Below, piece after piece: positions 9,714-19,192 of a stretch of DNA of 64,000 bases. Both the position numbers and the translations under genes were made by a program. Location: NCBI GenBank assembly GCA_030697795.1, contig JAUYOV010000004.1, positions 11,831 to 75,830 of the forward strand. Direction: 5' to 3'. The stretch comes from a bacterium (GTDB taxonomy: Bacteria; Patescibacteriota; Minisyncoccia; JACQLN01). Under the pieces are notes generated by a model. It did no database searches and was not told the origin of the DNA. It worked only from the letters and a program-made list of their open reading frames with translations. How positions within the stretch are numbered: position 1 is the stretch's first letter; each line of letters opens with the position of its first letter.

Positions 9714-9793
9714 AACATTGTCCCGAGCAGCATTATGGAGAAGACTATTTTATAAAATAAAGAGGCTCTATATCGTCTGCGAGGGATAATGTT
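9714..9793. repeat. Copy C of the ~80-nt hairpin element; fills the whole adk-map spacer
   Basis: Same core; arms AACATTGTCCC/GGGATAATGTT. Confidence 0.8.
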
Positions 9794-9795
9794 TT

Positions 9796-10362
9796 TTATA
9801 ACCCCAGTACCTGTTTAATTCGCAAATGAATTTCCTCTATACTACCCATACCATCAACCTTAATCAACCTATTCGATTTTTCGTAATATTCTATAGCTGG
9901 CATTGCATCGGTATTAAACCATTCCAAACGATGACGAATTGATTCTTCGGTATCATCTTTGCGTCCGCGTTTTAAAAGCCTTGTTACTGCTTCGTCTTCT
10001 GTAATATCTATTAAAACAACTTTAATATCTACTCTACCCAACCAACTTAAAACTTCGTCTATTTCTTTGGCTTCATCTAAACGACGAGGTGAGCCGTCAA
10101 AAATTATATTTTCTCCATCTTTTAATTTATAAACTAGTTCCTTCTGCCATAAAAAAGCGGCAATCCACTCTGGGGGCAGACCACCAGAATCCACAACTTC
10201 TTTAACTTTTTTACCAGCTAAAGTCTCTTCTTTTTCTAATAAACGAAAAAGATCGCCGGCGTAAATATAAAGACAGGGTTCTATAAGCTTTTTTAAAAGC
10301 TTAACCTGCGTGCCCTTACCCGACCCCGATCTGCCTAAAACGATTATGGTTTTACTAGACAT
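9796..10362 (-). CDS. adk: Adenylate kinase
   Basis: GRSGSGKGTQ P-loop and DGSPRRLDEA; start taken at MSSKT. Confidence 0.8.
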   Translation of the reverse strand: MSSKTIIVLGRSGSGKGTQVKLLKKLIEPCLYIYAGDLFRLLEKEETLAGKKVKEVVDSGGLPPEWIAAFLWQKELVYKLKDGENIIFDGSPRRLDEAKEIDEVLSWLGRVDIKVVLIDITEDEAVTRLLKRGRKDDTEESIRHRLEWFNTDAMPAIEYYEKSNRLIKVDGMGSIEEIHLRIKQVLGL

Positions 10363-10447
10363 AATAGATCTATAATAGCACAGCAAGATATCTTAAGAAA
10401 AAGCTCCCTTAATGGGAGCTTTTATAACTTTGAGGACTTGAAATCAG

Positions 10448-11062
10448 TCAGTCATCACAGGGTGTAGAACGCCTATAATCTTCGAATCTACTTCCTGTAA
10501 AAAAATACTGCATCGCAAGTTCTTTTAAAACACTTCTATCGCCTTCACAAAAAAGAACAAAGTACTCTGCTATTTTTTCCACTTCTTCTTTTTTCCTTGG
10601 GCAAGACATTCCTCCATCTAATAAATCAAAAAGACGGCCGCGAAGTAAACTGTAACTATCAAGACTTTCTACCAATCTCATTTCATGGAAATCTTCGCTA
10701 TGTTTTCCATGCCTATCCCAAAAAATACAACTAGCCTGCTTGAGAGCTTCGACTATACTTTCAAGATCTTCAACTTTTACTTCTGGAAATAAAAACGCAT
10801 AATTTCCAAAAATATCTGCTATTGATACTCCCAAGAGTCTTATTACTTCCTTGGGCAAAGAAATATCTTTATATGATTTGTTTGATTCTTCTGCACTCGT
10901 AACTCCGTACTCCCTCAACCAGTGTCCCAAGTGAGCTGTATAATATATTGGGTCATTGCCCAACTTAACTTTTTCAAACCCAACATACATCTCAATGACC
11001 TGCGGTGGCTTTTCCAAAGAAAGAAGAGATTCTCTCTTCTTTGATTCTACAGCCTTTTTCAT
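10448..11062 (-). CDS. Hypothetical protein
   Basis: ORF only; no confident family. Confidence 0.4.
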   Translation of the reverse strand: MKKAVESKKRESLLSLEKPPQVIEMYVGFEKVKLGNDPIYYTAHLGHWLREYGVTSAEESNKSYKDISLPKEVIRLLGVSIADIFGNYAFLFPEVKVEDLESIVEALKQASCIFWDRHGKHSEDFHEMRLVESLDSYSLLRGRLFDLLDGGMSCPRKKEEVEKIAEYFVLFCEGDRSVLKELAMQYFFTGSRFEDYRRSTPCDD

Positions 11063-11173
11063 ACAAAACCCCTTTCTTTTTTTAAAAAATGAATGATTTA
11101 AAGAACGACAAGAGTATACTATAAATAAATATAAATATCAAATACGTGCGCATAGAACAGACAGATCAACTAC

Positions 11174-11211
11174 TTGTCCACTTTTCAGGCGATCACATTA
11201 AAAATGGACAA
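11174..11211. repeat. 38-nt palindromic repeat TTGTCCA-N24-TGGACAA, downstream copy flanking the PaaX-like gene
   Basis: Near-identical to the copy at 11786-11823, including the internal ATCACATT. Confidence 0.7.
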
Positions 11212-11231
11212 CTTACTATTATTCTAATTTT

Positions 11232-11786
11232 CTAATTTAAACCAAATCTACTGCGTAAAAAATTGTCATTGGTTATACTTTTGGTAACAATATAATGAAC
11301 ATACTTACCTACTCCAAAAACTTCAGCGATAAAATCAACTTCGTTTTGGCAATTGTATGGATAAATCCAAACACTTTTCTGGAAAGGTATTAAACCCAAA
11401 TTTTTCATTTTTTCTCCCAAAGCATTGCGAGCCGATTTTTTATTTTCTGGAATATCAAAAACGACAATATGCCAATCGCCATCCCATTTTTTAGCTTTTT
11501 TTATAACCAGGCTATCAAACCTATATTCTAAAATCTTTTTCTTGCCTTGTTCGGTAAGAATAATTTTGACTTTATCATCACCCTCCTCTAAAAATTCTAA
11601 AACCTTGGTTTGACGTAACCGCCATAACACCTTTGAAACTTTCCTGGAACTAACACCTTTAACCTTAATATTATAATTAAAACCTCTACCCGATCTAGTG
11701 GTCTTGACCATTGGAATGTAAAACGGATCAAAAAAATATTTGCCAAATATGGTTTTGAGAATAATTTTGGTGATTGTATAAGCCAT
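11232..11786 (-). CDS. PaaX-like winged-helix regulator with Cas2-fold C-terminal domain (paralog 1)
   Basis: W(H/R)IV(V/L)FDIPE...QKSVWIYP PaaX_C/Cas2-like signature; paralog at 50272..50844. Confidence 0.55.
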   Translation of the reverse strand: MAYTITKIILKTIFGKYFFDPFYIPMVKTTRSGRGFNYNIKVKGVSSRKVSKVLWRLRQTKVLEFLEEGDDKVKIILTEQGKKKILEYRFDSLVIKKAKKWDGDWHIVVFDIPENKKSARNALGEKMKNLGLIPFQKSVWIYPYNCQNEVDFIAEVFGVGKYVHYIVTKSITNDNFLRSRFGLN

Positions 11787-11823
11787 TGTCCACTTTTAAT
11801 GCTATCACATTTTTTATGGACAA
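11786..11823. promoter_or_regulatory. Second copy of the TTGTCCA-N24-TGGACAA palindrome, in the divergent promoter region between the PaaX-like gene and the helicase gene
   Basis: Overlaps the PaaX-like start codon; candidate operator. Confidence 0.45.
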
Positions 11824-11884
11824 TTAAGTTTATCTTTTAATACTTCGTATATATAGATTGTAACGACCATCTAAAAATGATTAA

Positions 11885-14806
11885 ATGGTAACCAATATGG
11901 ATCTCTCTAGATTTAAAAAAGAACTAGGCGCCTTAAACCCCGAACAACGCCAAGCGGTGGAGACAATTGAGGGACCGGTTATGGTTATAGCCGGCCCTGG
12001 TACGGGAAAAACACAAATTTTAACTTTGCGGATTGCTAATATTTTAAACAAAACCGACACCAACCCCGAAAATATTCTAGCTTTAACTTTTACTGAATCT
12101 GCTACCGCCAACATGAGGCGTCGTCTAACCAGTTTGATCGGTACGCCTAGCTACTACATTAATATCCATACTTTTCACGGTTTTTGTAACAAGCTTATCC
12201 AAGATTACCCAGAAAACTTTCCAAAAATAATTGGCTCCACCAATGCTAATCAAGTAGATCAAATACAAATTATTAGAAAGATTATAGACGAGCATGGTTT
12301 TAAGAATTTGAAGCCATTCGGTAGTAAGTATTATTACGTTACCGAAATACTAAAAAACATCCGCCAATTAAAAAGCGAAGGTATTGGTCCTGTTGAATTT
12401 AAAAATATAACTTCTAAAATAAATCTCGAAGACCCCAAAGAGGAAAAAAATACCGAACGCTTAAAAGAACTATCTTTGGTATATAAAAAATATCAAGCCG
12501 AACTTTCAAAAAGAAAGCTATACGATTTTGAAGATATGATTTTGGAAACCATAAATTCGCTCAAAAAAGATAAGGATTTTTTGTTAGACCTTCAAGAAAA
12601 ATACCAATACATATTAGTAGACGAACACCAAGACACCAACGGCGCCCAAAATAAAGCCTTAGAGCTTTTAACCAATTATGATGAGAACCCAAACTTGTTT
12701 GTGGTAGGCGACGAAAAACAAGCTATTTACCGTTTTCAAGGCGCTAGTTTAGAAAACTTTTTATATTTTAAAGAAAAGTTTAAAAAAGCGAAATTAGTAG
12801 AATTAAAACAAAATTATCGCTCTACCCAAAAAATATTGGATGCCTCACATAGCTTAATAAAAAAAAATATAGCTGTCTTGGCTTTAACCAAACTCCAAGC
12901 CCAAAAAGGCAGGACCGACCTTCCTAGAAGGTCGGTCCTGCAGGTGGCAACCTGCGCTACACCCGAAATAGAATACCTTTTTATAACTCAAAAAATAAAA
13001 GAACTTCTAAGGCAAAAGGTTGAAGCTAGCAAAATTGCAATCTTATATAGAGAAAATAAAGATGCTTTTTCTGTTTCCGACTTTTTAACTAAACAGAATA
13101 TAAAACACGGCATAGAATCCGATGAAAACATATTAGAAGATATGGATATTAAAAAACTAAATATTCTTTTTGATGCCATAGAAAACTTTCCTTCTTTAGA
13201 ATTTTTAGCTCCAGCCTTACACCTAGATTTTTTAAATATAAACCCCTTAGAAGCTTATAAAGCCATAGAATCAAAAGATTTTAATAGTTCGCCTAATGTG
13301 TCTAACCTATTTAAAAAAATAGGTGAGCTTAAAAAATATAGCCGTAATAATGTTTTTGTTAAATTTTTTGAAAAAGTAATAAACGATACTGGTTTTTTAA
13401 AAAACATACTGGCCGAGGCCAATTACAACGAAAGATTAAATAAACTTCATGCTTTGTTTAGCGAAGTTAAAAAAATAAATTTTGCTAACCACAATTTTTC
13501 TTTACCAAACTATCTAAATCATTTAGAAATTTTAAGGGAACATAACTTGCCTATTCAAATTAAAACAAAAACATTACCCGCAAATGTTCGCTTAATGACG
13601 GCTCACCGAGCCAAAGGCCTAGAATTTGATTATGTATTTATTATAGGCGCCTACAATGGCCATTGGGGCAATAAAAGAAATATGAGCCATATAAAACTCC
13701 CCATAAAAACAAGCTTTGATGCTGATAAAATAGAAAAAAACGAGGATGAGCGCAGATTGTTTTATATGGCCATCACTCGAGCCAAAAAAGAAGCTTACAT
13801 AAGTTATTCCACTTCTTCGTTTGACGGCAAAGAGCAAGTGCCTAGCCAATTTATAAACGAAATCGATCCCGCCTTAAAAGAAGAACATATAATTGAGCAA
13901 AATCCAGAAATTAAAAAAATTGTACTAGCTTCAATTTCTAATAACAAAGCACCAAAAACAAATGAAAAAACTTTTGTGGTAGATATATTTTTGCGCCGTG
14001 GCTTCTCGCCTACCTCGCTAAATAATTATTTAACCTGCCCCTGGAATTTTTTCTATAACAATCTGCTTCGCATACCCAAAGCCCAAGCCAACTATTTAAT
14101 TTATGGCAACGCCAAGCACAAGGCCTTACAGCTTTTTTTTGATGAGAAAGAAAAAAATAAAAAAATAGGCTCTAAATTTATAATAGAAAAATTTATAGAA
14201 GATTTACGAAATTACCCTTTAATACCGAAGGATCATGAAACCTTGCTTAAAAAAGGAATAGAAAGTTTAACCGCCTATTATAATTTTTATAAAGATTCTT
14301 GGCCCGAAAAAACAGTAAACGAATACAACATTAAAGGAGTTAGTTTTAACTTAGGCGCGCAAGAAATAAAACTAAGCGGAAAACTAGATCGCTTAGAACT
14401 AAAACCAAATAGCCCAGCTGTTACAGTAGTAGATTACAAAACTGGAGCCGCCAAAAGCCGAAACGAAATTTTAGGCAACACCAAAAACGCCGATGGTAAT
14501 TATTTTAGACAACTTGTTTTCTACAAATTGCTTTTAGATATGTTACCCAACAAAAAATATAATATGCTGGCTGGTGCAATTGACTTCACTGAACCCCTCG
14601 ACTCCGCTCGACAAGGCTCGGGGCAAGCCGCTCGGGGCAAGCCTGCCTTTAAAAGAGAGGTTTTTGAAATTTCTAACGAAGAAACAAAAGCACTTAAAGA
14701 AACTATCACTAAATGCGCAAATGAAATTTTAAACTTAAAATTTTGGAACAAACTCTGCGGTGAAAAAGATTGTGAATATTGCGAGTTAAGAAAGTTAGTT
14801 TCTTAA
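11885..14806 (+). CDS. UvrD/PcrA-family SF1 helicase fused to a C-terminal PD-(D/E)xK nuclease domain with a Cas4/AddB-like Cys cluster
   Basis: AGPGTGKT Walker A, DEHQDTN motif II, DRLELK...VVDYKTG nuclease core, C...CGEKDCEYC. Contains two in-frame GC-rich inserts. Confidence 0.8.
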   Translation: MVTNMDLSRFKKELGALNPEQRQAVETIEGPVMVIAGPGTGKTQILTLRIANILNKTDTNPENILALTFTESATANMRRRLTSLIGTPSYYINIHTFHGFCNKLIQDYPENFPKIIGSTNANQVDQIQIIRKIIDEHGFKNLKPFGSKYYYVTEILKNIRQLKSEGIGPVEFKNITSKINLEDPKEEKNTERLKELSLVYKKYQAELSKRKLYDFEDMILETINSLKKDKDFLLDLQEKYQYILVDEHQDTNGAQNKALELLTNYDENPNLFVVGDEKQAIYRFQGASLENFLYFKEKFKKAKLVELKQNYRSTQKILDASHSLIKKNIAVLALTKLQAQKGRTDLPRRSVLQVATCATPEIEYLFITQKIKELLRQKVEASKIAILYRENKDAFSVSDFLTKQNIKHGIESDENILEDMDIKKLNILFDAIENFPSLEFLAPALHLDFLNINPLEAYKAIESKDFNSSPNVSNLFKKIGELKKYSRNNVFVKFFEKVINDTGFLKNILAEANYNERLNKLHALFSEVKKINFANHNFSLPNYLNHLEILREHNLPIQIKTKTLPANVRLMTAHRAKGLEFDYVFIIGAYNGHWGNKRNMSHIKLPIKTSFDADKIEKNEDERRLFYMAITRAKKEAYISYSTSSFDGKEQVPSQFINEIDPALKEEHIIEQNPEIKKIVLASISNNKAPKTNEKTFVVDIFLRRGFSPTSLNNYLTCPWNFFYNNLLRIPKAQANYLIYGNAKHKALQLFFDEKEKNKKIGSKFIIEKFIEDLRNYPLIPKDHETLLKKGIESLTAYYNFYKDSWPEKTVNEYNIKGVSFNLGAQEIKLSGKLDRLELKPNSPAVTVVDYKTGAAKSRNEILGNTKNADGNYFRQLVFYKLLLDMLPNKKYNMLAGAIDFTEPLDSARQGSGQAARGKPAFKREVFEISNEETKALKETITKCANEILNLKFWNKLCGEKDCEYCELRKLVS

Positions 14807-15988
14807 TTAATACTCCCTCAACTTATGAATCCTCTCGTGGCCACGTATTTTGTCTAAGGCTTTCGCTTCTATTTGACGTATGCGTTCGCGAGTTACGCCA
14901 AATTCTTTGCCTACTTCTTCTAAAGTATGCGTCGCCCCATCTTCCAAACCAAAACGCATTTGTAATATTTTTTGTTCGCGGGGCGAAAGATCGTCTATTA
15001 TAGATTTAATTTGATCGCGCAATAACTGTTGAGCTGCCACTTGCGAAGGCAATAAAGTTTTTTCGTCTTCTATAAGTTCGCCCAAAGTGCTGTCTTCATC
15101 GCTATCACCCACTGGCGACTCCAAAGAAACCGCTTCTTGCGTAATTTTTTGAATATGCCTAACTTTGGTTACGTCCATATCCATTTCTTGAGCAATTTCT
15201 TCGGCTAAAGGTTCACGGCCCAAATCTTGAAGCAGTCTTCTTTTAACTTGAGTATATTTAGAAATTGTTTCCACCATATGCACCGGAATACGAATAGTGC
15301 GCGCTTGGTCGGCCAGAGCTCTCGTGACTGCTTGGCGAATCCACCATGTAGCATAAGTAGAAAATTTATAACCCTTAGTATAATCAAATTTTTCTACGGC
15401 TTTAGTTAAACCAATATTTCCTTCTTGAATTAAATCAAGCAAGGTTAAATGCGAACTCCTACCCACGTATTTTTTGGCAATCGAAACCACCAAGCGCAAA
15501 TTCGCTTGGGTTAATTTTTGCCTAGCTTCTTGATCGCCTTTTTCTATTCTTTTAGCAAGTTCAACTTCCTCTGGACCGCGTAAAAGTGGAACCCTGCCTA
15601 TTTCGCGTAAATAAATTTGAACCGAATCAAATAATGGCCCTAAACCTGTATGAGAATCTGATTTTTTTGTTTTTTCTTTGCCGGGTACCAAATTTAACCT
15701 TTCTTGCGCACTGATTATCTTTATGTTTATAGATTCTAAGTGGCGATAAAGATGTTCCAAACCAGAAATATCTTGCTCGATGTTGGGAAAAGTTTGAATA
15801 ATTTCCGATTCGGTAATAAAACCCCGGCTTTTGCCACGCCTAACTAAATCGGCTAGTTTTTCTTCGGTCACAACTGGCACCTTAACTTTAGTTTTTGAGC
15901 GGCGCTTTTTAAACTTAACTCGTTTCTTAGAGATCTTTCTTGGTTTGACTTTTCTTTTGGACTTTTTAGATTTATTTTTTTTTGCCAT
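14807..15988 (-). CDS. rpoD: Primary sigma factor RpoD (sigma-70) with lysine-rich N-terminus
   Basis: Regions 2-4 strongly conserved ([13 protein letters not shown]..., [23 protein letters not shown]). Confidence 0.9.
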   Translation of the reverse strand: MAKKNKSKKSKRKVKPRKISKKRVKFKKRRSKTKVKVPVVTEEKLADLVRRGKSRGFITESEIIQTFPNIEQDISGLEHLYRHLESINIKIISAQERLNLVPGKEKTKKSDSHTGLGPLFDSVQIYLREIGRVPLLRGPEEVELAKRIEKGDQEARQKLTQANLRLVVSIAKKYVGRSSHLTLLDLIQEGNIGLTKAVEKFDYTKGYKFSTYATWWIRQAVTRALADQARTIRIPVHMVETISKYTQVKRRLLQDLGREPLAEEIAQEMDMDVTKVRHIQKITQEAVSLESPVGDSDEDSTLGELIEDEKTLLPSQVAAQQLLRDQIKSIIDDLSPREQKILQMRFGLEDGATHTLEEVGKEFGVTRERIRQIEAKALDKIRGHERIHKLREY

Positions 15989-16023
15989 ATTTTTCTATGA
16001 ATTAAATGAATAGTTAAAAATAT

Positions 16024-16187
16024 GTGTCCGCAGTAGCCTTGCTTGGTTCTTTATCGTTACTTGATAAATGCGGGCGAAGGCGGGCCATAAATTTTTCTAA
16101 ATTTGGATGCAAATTCAGCTAAAAATATGAACACCTGCCGAACCTGCCTGCCGGCAGGCAGGGCTCCTAGGGAGCGAAGGCGGACAT
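16024..16187. repeat. GC-rich inverted-repeat element between dnaG and rpoD with central perfect palindrome CCTGCCTGCCGGCAGGCAGG
   Basis: Ends ATGTGTCCGC...GCGGACAT are inverted; GC far above flanking sequence. Confidence 0.55.
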
Positions 16188-16197
16188 CATAAGTTAG

Positions 16198-17949
16198 CTA
16201 CAAATTTAATAATTTTTGAGTAAGTTCACTAAACTCTATAAGCAAAAGATTCAAAGCCTGGCTGTCGCCATCGGCTTCAGCTTTTTTTATATCGGCTTGA
16301 ATAACTTTAAGCTTGGATTGCAAACTTTGTTTTTTTAAACTAACAAGAGTTCTGGCAAATTCGTCTGCCGGATCTATATTAAAATCGGCTATTAGCTCGC
16401 TCATAGCAATTAAGCGAGAATCAGCCGAGTCCGGAATTTTAGCGTCGTTATTTGCCAGCAGACTTTGGGCCAGCGAAAATAAATTTGGCTGGGAGAATAA
16501 TTCTAGCTCCTCATTGCCAAGGCGGCCTTTTAAGTCTGGATATCTTAGTATTAAAGATAACAGATACTCTTCTTGACGTAAACCCGGCAAATCTTTGGGA
16601 GAAATAATAGCTTTAGATAAAGCAATATTTGGAACCTGCGGTTTTTGATTAAAATCCTGAATAACTAACTGTCTTAACTCTAAATTTAAAACGTCTCTAG
16701 CTATACCGGCCTTGTGAGAAAGTTCTTCCAACCAATAATCCCTATCTAATGGCGAAATAATACTTTTTATAAATGGCAAAACATTGGCTAAAACATTTTT
16801 CTTAGATTCCAAAGTTCCAGAAAAATCTTTTAAAGATCTATTTATAATATGCGCTAAATACGGCACCGGTTTTAAAACCGATTCACTCCAAAGTTTTGGA
16901 TTTTCCTTTACAGTATCGGCCGTGTCTTTGCCCGAAGGAATAGAAACTACCGAAACATTTAAACCCGAAGCTATCGCCATATTAACGCCCTTTTTTAAAG
17001 CACTATCCCCCGCTTCATCGGCATCAAACGCCAACATTAATTTTTCGGTGTATCTTTTTATTATGCGCGCGTGGCTTCCGCCAAAAGCCGTACCACAAGT
17101 AGCCACCACATTTTTTACACCAGCCTGATGCGACATAAGCACATCCATTGTGCCTTCGAGAAGTATACAACCTTCGTTTCTAATATACGTTCTAGATTTA
17201 TCTAAACCATAAAGCGCTTGCGATTTGTCGTATAAAATGGTGCTTGGAGTATTTACATATTTTCCGGCATCTTCGTGCACAGTCTTACCTTTTACTTTTT
17301 CGAAAATTCTGCCCGTAAAGCCAATCACCTGCCCTTGACTATCGGCTATAGGAAACATTATGCGGTGTCTAAACCTATCGTGATATTCACGCGTGGTTTC
17401 GCTTTTTACAGCCAGCCCCGATTTATCTATTTCATCGTTGGTATAACCTTCGGAACTTAAAAAATTATGTAACGATTGCCAAGTATCAGGCGCCCAACCA
17501 ATTCTAAAGTTAGTTAAAGATTCTTTAGTTACTCCTCTTTCTTTTAAATATTCTACTGCCCCTAAACCTGGGCGAGATAATAACTGGCGTTCAAAAAACT
17601 TTGTAGCAAGTTCGCAAACTTCGTAAATTCTTTTTCGTTGCGAGCCTAACTGCACATCTTGATCGCGTTTTATTAATTTAACTCCGGCTTTCTCGGCCAG
17701 CATTTTTAACACATCGTAAAATTCCAAACCCTCCATTTTTTGCACAAAAGAAAAAATGTCTCCTCCTTCACCGCAACCAAAACAATGCCAAATCTGTCGA
17801 GCGGGCGTTACCACAAACGAAGGTGTCTTTTCGTGATGAAAAGGACACGAGCCCTTCCAGTTAGCACCAGCTTTTTGCAACTTTAAATAGCCCTGAATAA
17901 CTTCGGCAATATCTAAACGACTTTTTATGTCTTCAACTTGAGAGGTCAT
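16198..17949 (-). CDS. dnaG: DNA primase; true start MTSQVED rather than the ORF-track start
   Basis: CPFHHEKTPSF zinc-binding motif, TOPRIM region. Confidence 0.9.
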   Translation of the reverse strand: MTSQVEDIKSRLDIAEVIQGYLKLQKAGANWKGSCPFHHEKTPSFVVTPARQIWHCFGCGEGGDIFSFVQKMEGLEFYDVLKMLAEKAGVKLIKRDQDVQLGSQRKRIYEVCELATKFFERQLLSRPGLGAVEYLKERGVTKESLTNFRIGWAPDTWQSLHNFLSSEGYTNDEIDKSGLAVKSETTREYHDRFRHRIMFPIADSQGQVIGFTGRIFEKVKGKTVHEDAGKYVNTPSTILYDKSQALYGLDKSRTYIRNEGCILLEGTMDVLMSHQAGVKNVVATCGTAFGGSHARIIKRYTEKLMLAFDADEAGDSALKKGVNMAIASGLNVSVVSIPSGKDTADTVKENPKLWSESVLKPVPYLAHIINRSLKDFSGTLESKKNVLANVLPFIKSIISPLDRDYWLEELSHKAGIARDVLNLELRQLVIQDFNQKPQVPNIALSKAIISPKDLPGLRQEEYLLSLILRYPDLKGRLGNEELELFSQPNLFSLAQSLLANNDAKIPDSADSRLIAMSELIADFNIDPADEFARTLVSLKKQSLQSKLKVIQADIKKAEADGDSQALNLLLIEFSELTQKLLNL

Positions 17950-18119
17950 GCTGGAATTATGTATCAGAAATCGGGAATTAGGAAGTCTAATTTGACATAA
18001 ATAGCTAATCAAGCACTCTCTTATGTTAAACATCCAGTGTTTAACATTGAGGTACATGATAATCCCTTTCAACTCGCAGACTCTGTTCAGGGTATTTATT
18101 CAACACTTAGTGTTGAATA

Positions 18120-18153
18120 AATAAAAGAGAGGCTCCTGTTTAGAAACCTCTCT
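18120..18153 (-). terminator. Rho-independent terminator after the GC-rich gene
   Basis: AGAGAGG...CCTCTCT hairpin followed by a minus-strand U-run. Confidence 0.55.
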
Positions 18154-18173
18154 AGGTACTACTTACTTCTTGT

Positions 18174-18995
18174 TCAGTTGGTGCCGACCAACTCGGCCTC
18201 TTCTTCTGCTTCGAGATGGCCATTGCCGACGGGATCACCATCAACCCCGATCTCGCCTTCAGCGAGGTCTTCGACCACCTCGGCAGTGGTATTGCTGTCG
18301 ACGAGGCCTTTGACAACCCCGATCCCACCGAAGTTGATGTTCACCAGCAGGGCTTTCACTCCGAAACACACGGAGACGAAGTCCCTACCGGTTTCGGTCG
18401 GAGGCTCGAAACCGATGTGGTCGAGAACACTGCGAAAGTCCTCTTCCACGAATTTCCCCGCGCCTTTGAAGACGAAAGTGAGAAGATTCCTCACCACACT
18501 TCCTCCGCCCTGCATCTGGAGCGCATTCGCGAGCCAGACGACGGAGGGGAGTATTAACCCCACGCGGGTTGCCATCTTGAGCGTCTTGATGGCGTCGTCG
18601 CCGAGACCATGCCTCTTGAGTCCCGCCATTTCCATGCTCTCGTCTTGGATCCGCTCTCTCCGCGCTTTTTGCGTGGCATCATCACGGCTATACCGCGCAC
18701 AGCCGTTATGATCGAGGTAGCACGTAATCCAGCACTCGAGCTGGTGACCACCACTTCCTTCCTTGTAGCGGAAGATCTGGCCGGGAGCGAGAACCATTCC
18801 ACTGGCTTTCGCCTGAGTGTAGAGGAAAGTCAAAATCTTATCTCCCGGACAAAGAACACCGTACCCTCCAGTCTCTTCGTCTCTCAGGACCATGACCTCC
18901 TCTTTTCCGATGGCCGTCTGGCGCATATGCACGAACTGCTTGCGCTCGTTCGCAACATCCGCCTGGCGAACTATCTTGTTCGTCTTGGCACTCAT
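18174..18995 (-). CDS. Compositionally foreign (GC ~57%) orphan protein of 273 aa; start at second Met
   Basis: Abrupt GC jump confined to this ORF. Perfect SD AAGGAGG sits 8 nt upstream of the ATG at 18993-18995. Plus-strand ORFs here are high-GC artefacts. Confidence 0.6.
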   Translation of the reverse strand: MSAKTNKIVRQADVANERKQFVHMRQTAIGKEEVMVLRDEETGGYGVLCPGDKILTFLYTQAKASGMVLAPGQIFRYKEGSGGHQLECWITCYLDHNGCARYSRDDATQKARRERIQDESMEMAGLKRHGLGDDAIKTLKMATRVGLILPSVVWLANALQMQGGGSVVRNLLTFVFKGAGKFVEEDFRSVLDHIGFEPPTETGRDFVSVCFGVKALLVNINFGGIGVVKGLVDSNTTAEVVEDLAEGEIGVDGDPVGNGHLEAEEEAELVGTN

Positions 18996-19079
18996 AGCAA
19001 AAACCTCCTTATTGAAAAACCCCTGAATCGCGACCGTCATAGGCCGTCGCCGCCTATATTAAGAACAATTATGTTTATA

Positions 19080-19135
19080 AGTATAGTCTATATCATAACT
19101 CTTGTCAAGAGCCACCCTTAAAATCTCAAGGGTGG
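19080..19135 (-). promoter_or_regulatory. Conserved hairpin (CCACCCTTAAAATCTCAAGGGTGG) plus TTGACA-N18-TATACT promoter upstream of the GC-rich gene
   Basis: The same element recurs upstream of the second GC-rich gene (35935-35990). Confidence 0.5.
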
Positions 19136-19192
19136 GGTTGAAATCACTCATTTTTATTGACTATACTCAACAAAACTGATAAACTCTCGTCA

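Noticed and set aside
9692-9733. N-terminal extensions of map (MLLGTMFFKFF...), holB (MLLKIIFLL...), dnaG and ftsK given in the ORF track
   Set aside because: The extra codons derive from ATGs inside repeat elements or from upstream hairpins. Conserved N-termini of the proteins start later, so start codons were moved.
18178-19121. Plus-strand ORFs 18178..18711, 18216..18557, 18609..19121 and minus-strand 18554..18802
   Set aside because: High-GC DNA generates long spurious frames. Only the minus-strand 18174..18995 frame has an SD, a terminator and a non-repetitive translation.
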